Source: the human T2T-CHM13v2.0 reference genome, Homo sapiens
Length of the DNA: 64,000 nt
Reading direction: 5' to 3' (one strand)
Assembly: GCF_009914755.1 (NCBI RefSeq)
Contig: NC_060926.1
Part shown: positions 57,640 through 64,000 of the stretch, piece after piece
How the letters are laid out: every line of letters begins with the position of its first letter
Numbering within the stretch: position 1 is the stretch's first letter
Notes under the pieces: model-generated
The model's database searches: none
The model's input: the letters and a program-made list of their open reading frames with translations, nothing else
What the model was told of the DNA's origin: nothing
Position numbers and translations under genes: made by a program

Positions 57640-58517
57640 TACTGCACTCCCATTTCATCAGCTAAAATAAAAAATAAAAATAATACCAAACGTTTTGCAA
57701 GGATTAAGAGACCCTGGATTTCTTAGACATTTCTGGTGGGAATTTAAAATGATACAGCTACTCTGGAAAAAAGTCTTCATCTTCTTGTAAAATTAAATAT
57801 GCAATTACTATTTGAAACCCAGCAATCACATTCTTGGACATTTATTCCAGAGAAATGAACTTTTATTCACACAAAAACCTGCCTCCTAACATTTATAGCA
57901 TTTTTTTTTACTGGAAACAACCCAAATATCCTCCAGTGGGTGAATGGTTAACAGGTTCCAATGCATTCACACAATGGAATACTACTCAGCAATAAAAAGG
58001 AACAAACTTTTGCTATAAGCAATAACCTGGATGGATTGTAAGAGCTTTACACTTAGTGAAAAAGTCAAATTTCAAAATATTACAAATTGTATAATTTCAT
58101 TTATGTAACACTCTTGAAATAACAATAATATAAAAACCTGTAGATATGGAGAACAAATTAATAGTTGCCAGGGGGGCAGAGATAGGGGTAGGATTTGAAT
58201 ATAGGTAGAGTTCTTTCCTATGATGACACTGTTCTGCATCCTGATTGCAGTGGTAGTAACATGAATGAAGTTAGGCTGAAACTGCATAGCACCACAGACA
58301 CACACACACGCACACACATACACACACGAGAGAGAGAGAGAAATGGACTCAGGTAAAAATGGTGAACAGTGAATAATGTCAGTTATCTATTTAACAGTGT
58401 GCAAATGTCAATTTCCTAGAGCGAAACTAGTGAAAATTTCATGGGACTCTGAGTACTTTTGTTGCAACTTCCCATGGATCTAAAACTACATCAAAACTAG
58501 AAAAAAAAAAAAAAAAA
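57640..58517 (+). mobile_element. L1M (MB/MC-type) 3' fragment with poly(A), nested in older L1 debris
   Basis: acccagcaatcacattcttggacatttattccagagaaatgaa...ggaaacaacccaaatatcc...atggaatactactcagcaataaaaaggaac. Confidence 0.8.
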
Positions 58518-59234
58518 GCTTAAAGCTAAAATTAAAAAACAACAACAACACACCGAAGTATCAAGACCATAGTTAGACAGCCAATGCTCAGGTAGGATAA
58601 AAGCAAAAAAAAAAAAAAAAAAAAAAGTTTTAAACTGAAAGAGTGAAAGATAGATTTGAAGGAAATAGCCAAAAATAAAGATATATAATATATATATATA
58701 AATATATAATATAGAAATATATAATATGAAAGTGGTGCTAAGAGACACGAATGATAGAATAAAAAGGTCTAACATAGACCTAATTGATGAATGGAGGAGA
58801 GGCGAAATTTTAAAAAATAGTAATTTATAGTACCAAAAAATGATGAATGATATGAATCCACAGATAGGAGTATTAAAAGGATGCCCATGATGTAGACATG
58901 TTATAGAAAAAGTAGAACACCAAAGGAAAGACAGAAAGGGAAAATACTAAAAGCATTCAGAGAAAAGAGAGATCACATAAAAAGCCAAATCATTTAGACC
59001 AAGGGTTGCTAAAGAGGGCTGCACATCATAATTTCCATGAGGTTCTTTTGACTATCAAATGCCATACTCACCCCGGTGAAATCATGGTCTTTGGGAGTAG
59101 GCCTAGACATAAGAACTTTTAATACTCACCATGTGATTCCAGGGGTTGAGAACCATTAATTTAGCTTGTGAGTAAGCTTTTCTAGTAAATAGGCAAGACT
59201 ACCAGTGGAATACTATCTTCAAAGTTCTCAGAGA

Positions 59235-59574
<340 letters not shown>

Positions 59575-59937
59575 TTATATACCAAGCAAAATGAGATTGA
59601 TATAAAGACATTTTCTGGTAGATAAAAGCAGAGATTGTATCACAAAAGACTTCCACCAAAGGAATTTCTAAAGGATATATTCCAAAAGGAGAAAAATGAG
59701 ATTCCCAGGATGTTTGATAGTTAAATGAGAATGGTGAGTAAAGAAATTGGCAAGTGTGTAAGCAAATATAACAGGCATTATCCTTAAGAATAAATGATCA
59801 CGACAACAATAATAATCTCTGTGTGAGGTTTAGAAATGAATATATGCTGAATAATGTTTCATGTAAGTCAGAGGTGGATCAGTGTTAAAGTGTTTTAAAG
59901 TACTCAAATCATCTGGATTTGAAGTTGGTTCTCTAAT

Positions 59938-60104
59938 TTTAAGGGCTCGTGTTATTAGATTGGATCCTCCTGGATAAGTCAGGATACTTTCCCCATCTCA
60001 AGGGTCGTACCCTTAATCACATCGGCAAAGTCCTTTTTGCAGTGTCACATTTTCCAGGTATCTGGATGTGGATATATTTGGGAGCTATTATTCTGCCTAC
60101 CACA
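59938..60104 (-). mobile_element. MLT1 LTR fragment
   Basis: ttaagggctcgtgttattagattgg...cttaatcacatcggcaaagtccttttt...attattctgcctaccaca. Confidence 0.75.
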
Positions 60105-63100
60105 GGGCCACCTGTCAGAAAGAGAGGGTCAAATTACAGAACACAGGATAATGCAAGTGTTCCCAGGATCTGTCTTAAAGGACTCCAAAATGGGCAAGGT
60201 CGTTGTACATTCAATATTTGATAAAATATTGAATGTTCCATATTTTCATATTCAGATAAATTTCACTTTGTCTGAATCAGATTAGTGGTAGGGCAGGGGC
60301 TATGAGATGATAGTGGAAATCACATTTCAGATCCTGAATGGCATTATAAGGCACTTTAGAAGTTGACATTTATTCCCAAGGGCAATGGGGAACCTCTTAC
60401 ATATTTTTATGTATCAAGAGGAAGACTAAATTAAGAGTGGAATAGTAGGGTCATCTCTCTGCTTGCTGCTTAGAGAATGCATTGACAGCATAAATCTAGA
60501 GGACGGAATTAAGAAATACAGTTTGAAGTTTTAGAGTAGATTAAATGAATGAAGGAATCACCTGAAGAGGCACAGTGGTGTGGCCGATAAAACCCAGGAA
60601 TCAGAATACTTGGCTTGGATTAGTGGCTGTTTTGCAGTGGATGTTGCTTGATAACTGTTTGAATTCTCTGAGCTGGTGGTTAACTGTTGGCAACTTGTCA
60701 TCAACTACAGGGGGAGTATTTGTACCGGAAAATCTGCAAATGCTCTCCCACTCTTCCCCCAGAGCCAGAAGCCTCCGCAAGCTAGTGGTGGTGTGATATT
60801 GAAAAAAATAAAACCCTCAAATCCTCCATCCTCGATACAGGGAAGCTAGCATCAGTGAGGCTCACTTCATAAGGTTGTTTTAAGGTTCAAAATGAAAATA
60901 GGTAGTATGCATGAGGAAGCAAGGTGATGAGAAGTTGCTGAATTTTGTTTTGATGCTTTTGCCAAGTATTGTTACTAGTAGGGTTCTATAAACAGAACCT
61001 AAGTCAAATTACCTGTTTAACAATTTTCAGTAGGTCAAATGTGCTCTCATTACTAGAGTATGATTCACTTGGATTATTACAAATAGAAATGTAAATACCT
61101 ATGTAAAAGAACATATATTCCTCATATGCAAGTGTATACATATACGTCCAGGCATGCACACAACACACACACATACACACATACACAGGGAGTTAAGGTG
61201 ACATACAAATGTCTTTTTATCTTTCAAGTTTATACCCAAAGACATTGGAAAAGGGAGACAGATGAAGATGAGAATGTCAGTGTCATTTTCCTGAACTCAT
61301 TGGAAAATTAGGTTTTAGCTCTTTGGCCAAAGGTGTTTGCTGACTCCACGCCTGACACAGACCGAAACACTAACTGATCTCAATTTCAGGCAATGCTAGA
61401 AAACCACAGTTCTCCCCAACATGAACAAAGCCTAATCCCATGTGCACAGCAGGATGGTTTTAAAAGATGCCATTTTGTTGTTGTTGTTGTTAGCAAGCTG
61501 ATTCTAAAAGACAAAGAGAAAAAATAGAGTACCAAAATACCCATGCAGGGTTTCTTCCCCTAAAGGCAGCAGTTGTATGGGAAGCATTCCTGCCTCTCTG
61601 GGGAAGAGTGAGCCCGGAAGAGGGATCAGGGTTCTAATTCCATGGTTCAGTGCTAGCTAAGGGGACCTCATACCTCTAGAAGGCTCCTAGTAATAGCGAA
61701 AAGGGAGGATTTATATGATTGAAGAGAAGAACAATAACAACAGTACTGTGGTACTATTAATTTATTTTTAGGAATTACATTACTTTTTTACATTACTGTA
61801 GGAATCCATATACATGCTAGTAGTAATACTTCAACTAGATGGAAACATGAGAAATGGGGACATTCACACAATGGTGGTAAGAGAGTGAATGGATCCCAAC
61901 TTTTGCAAAATAAAAATAGCACCGTGCCGTAAAACCAAAAATGTGCTTTCTCCTTTATTTAGTAATCTCAGTTATAGGAGCTTAATTTATATTTAAAGAG
62001 CAAATAAACACTAAAGGAAGACATGATACTTGCACATTTGTATAACTGGGGTGGAGGGAGCACATGGGCTACAAAATGTAGAAAAATCTTATACATCAAG
62101 CATAATTTTGGCCTTGAACAGTAATGCCATTGTTTAGCTCTGAATTTCTTTTATACCTTGAGTCCCGCTATAGAATTTTTGCTATTGTTCTTTCATCTGT
62201 AGGTCCCTTCTCTACAAGGAATAATCAGGATTCCAGGAACTACTCATATACTCAAAATTTTTGAAATGAGTTTTATGTCTTGGCCACATCTCCTTGATAT
62301 CCTTCAGCAAGAAATATGTGGTTATAAAATCAAATGGGAAAAAACGACTGCAATGGTGGAAAAGGTTTTATTGTCAGATACACTAAAACACTTTGGATAT
62401 GAATGTTATGTTTAATTGATATAAAAGTCTAAACACTTACCCACTGTGCTGTGATTATGGCCAGGGTCATTCTTCAGAGCTAATTCATTTAGAATATGTT
62501 AAGAAAAATCCTGTAAGCATCAGTAATTGAGGAAAATTGAACTCTTGAACTTTTGCCAGATATTTGGCTGTATGCATTTTATGTGTTAACTGAGAAGAAG
62601 CTGACAACTTGCTACATTCTGAAATCGTCTCAGTTGAGATTTGGGTTGCAGGAGACATTAGCCATTAGCCCAACTGCAGGGCTATTCACTGTGGCCGTAT
62701 CATACCAGTGCTCAGGAGACAGCAGTCACACCTAAGAAGTATGTCCTTCCTCACCTGGACTGCTCTCATAGCAAAGCCACCTGAACATCCCTCGTTGTTT
62801 TACCAACCAGATTCATCATCTGCTTCCTGATTCGGCAACGAGCATCACCTGTTACCTGAGGGAGTCCATCCTTGTAAGAATAAGAAACTTGACTAAGCAA
62901 AGTTAGCATGTGGTTGCGTCTTCAAAGAGCACAAACGATCTTGTGAAGGCGATTGTTTGGATACCAAGAAAGATAAAGATCTCTTTCTATCTTTAGTGAT
63001 AGCACCCATAGGTGAATAGAAGGAAGGAGGCTCCGTCTTAGCCGGGAGGAAACTCACTTGTTCAACATCACTGGAACTTCTAAGTTGAAGTGGAAAAGGG

Positions 63101-63517
63101 AGCATGTGATTTTCAACACTTCCAACACTTCCAAGAGTAGCATGTTTCCATAGTCATGCATAATCTCAGTCTGATTTGAGGCTAAGAAAATATTAAAAGT
63201 TTCCAACTCTTAAAAAGTATAGGAGTCCCACGGCCTGGACACATAGTAAAACACTTAATAAACACTTTAGATTTTTTTTTCCAAGGAAGCAGATTACGTC
63301 TTGAAACACCCTTTACTCTCAGGCCAGTATGGTACGGTCAGTAAGAGGTATCAAGTAAAATTAATTATTGAAGAAAATTCTTCATTCTAGAGTCTAAATA
63401 ATTTCTCCTGAGATAATCTTTTTCCACAGTTATTTTATTATAATGGGATTACCCTAATAGTCTTTGCTAAAAGAGCTGAGATACATAAAATTATTTTTTC
63501 ATAGTATAGAGTTCTAA

Positions 63518-63854
<337 letters not shown>

Positions 63855-64000
63855 ACCTTTTTTATTTTCTTTAAAAATCAAAACAGAACATATTTGACTT
63901 AGGCCTTTATCAGACAGAGAGAAGGATGCACATACCTAAGCTGGTAAATAATTATGTCATCCTCATTTACAGTATAGGAACTTTCTCCGTAATTATTGTA

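Overview
This is AT-rich primate (human or great-ape-like) non-coding DNA, either intergenic or deep-intronic. I can support no protein-coding exon, RNA gene, CpG island or prokaryotic-type system. The ORF track is explained by Alu, L1, LTR and low-complexity sequence plus chance ORFs. The window holds about 16 Alu copies (S, Y and J/FRAM types, many with visible target-site duplications), two young L1PA 3' fragments in opposite orientation, older L1M/L2/MIR debris, about 11 solo or nested LTRs, and several DNA-transposon fossils, including a MULE/Ricksha-type element with a readable transposase remnant. The features that repeat annotation does not explain are: (1) a 97-bp-arm, ~92% identical, ungapped inverted repeat at 27261-27480; (2) a 209-bp local dispersed duplication in which one copy carries an AluY and the other preserves the empty site; (3) several templated tandem micro-duplications; (4) a very young L1 with a perfect 20-bp TSD; (5) a few strong regulatory motifs (CTCF-like, CRE, POU). 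Repeat subfamily names come from recalled consensus sequences, not a database search, and boundaries of old repeats are approximate.
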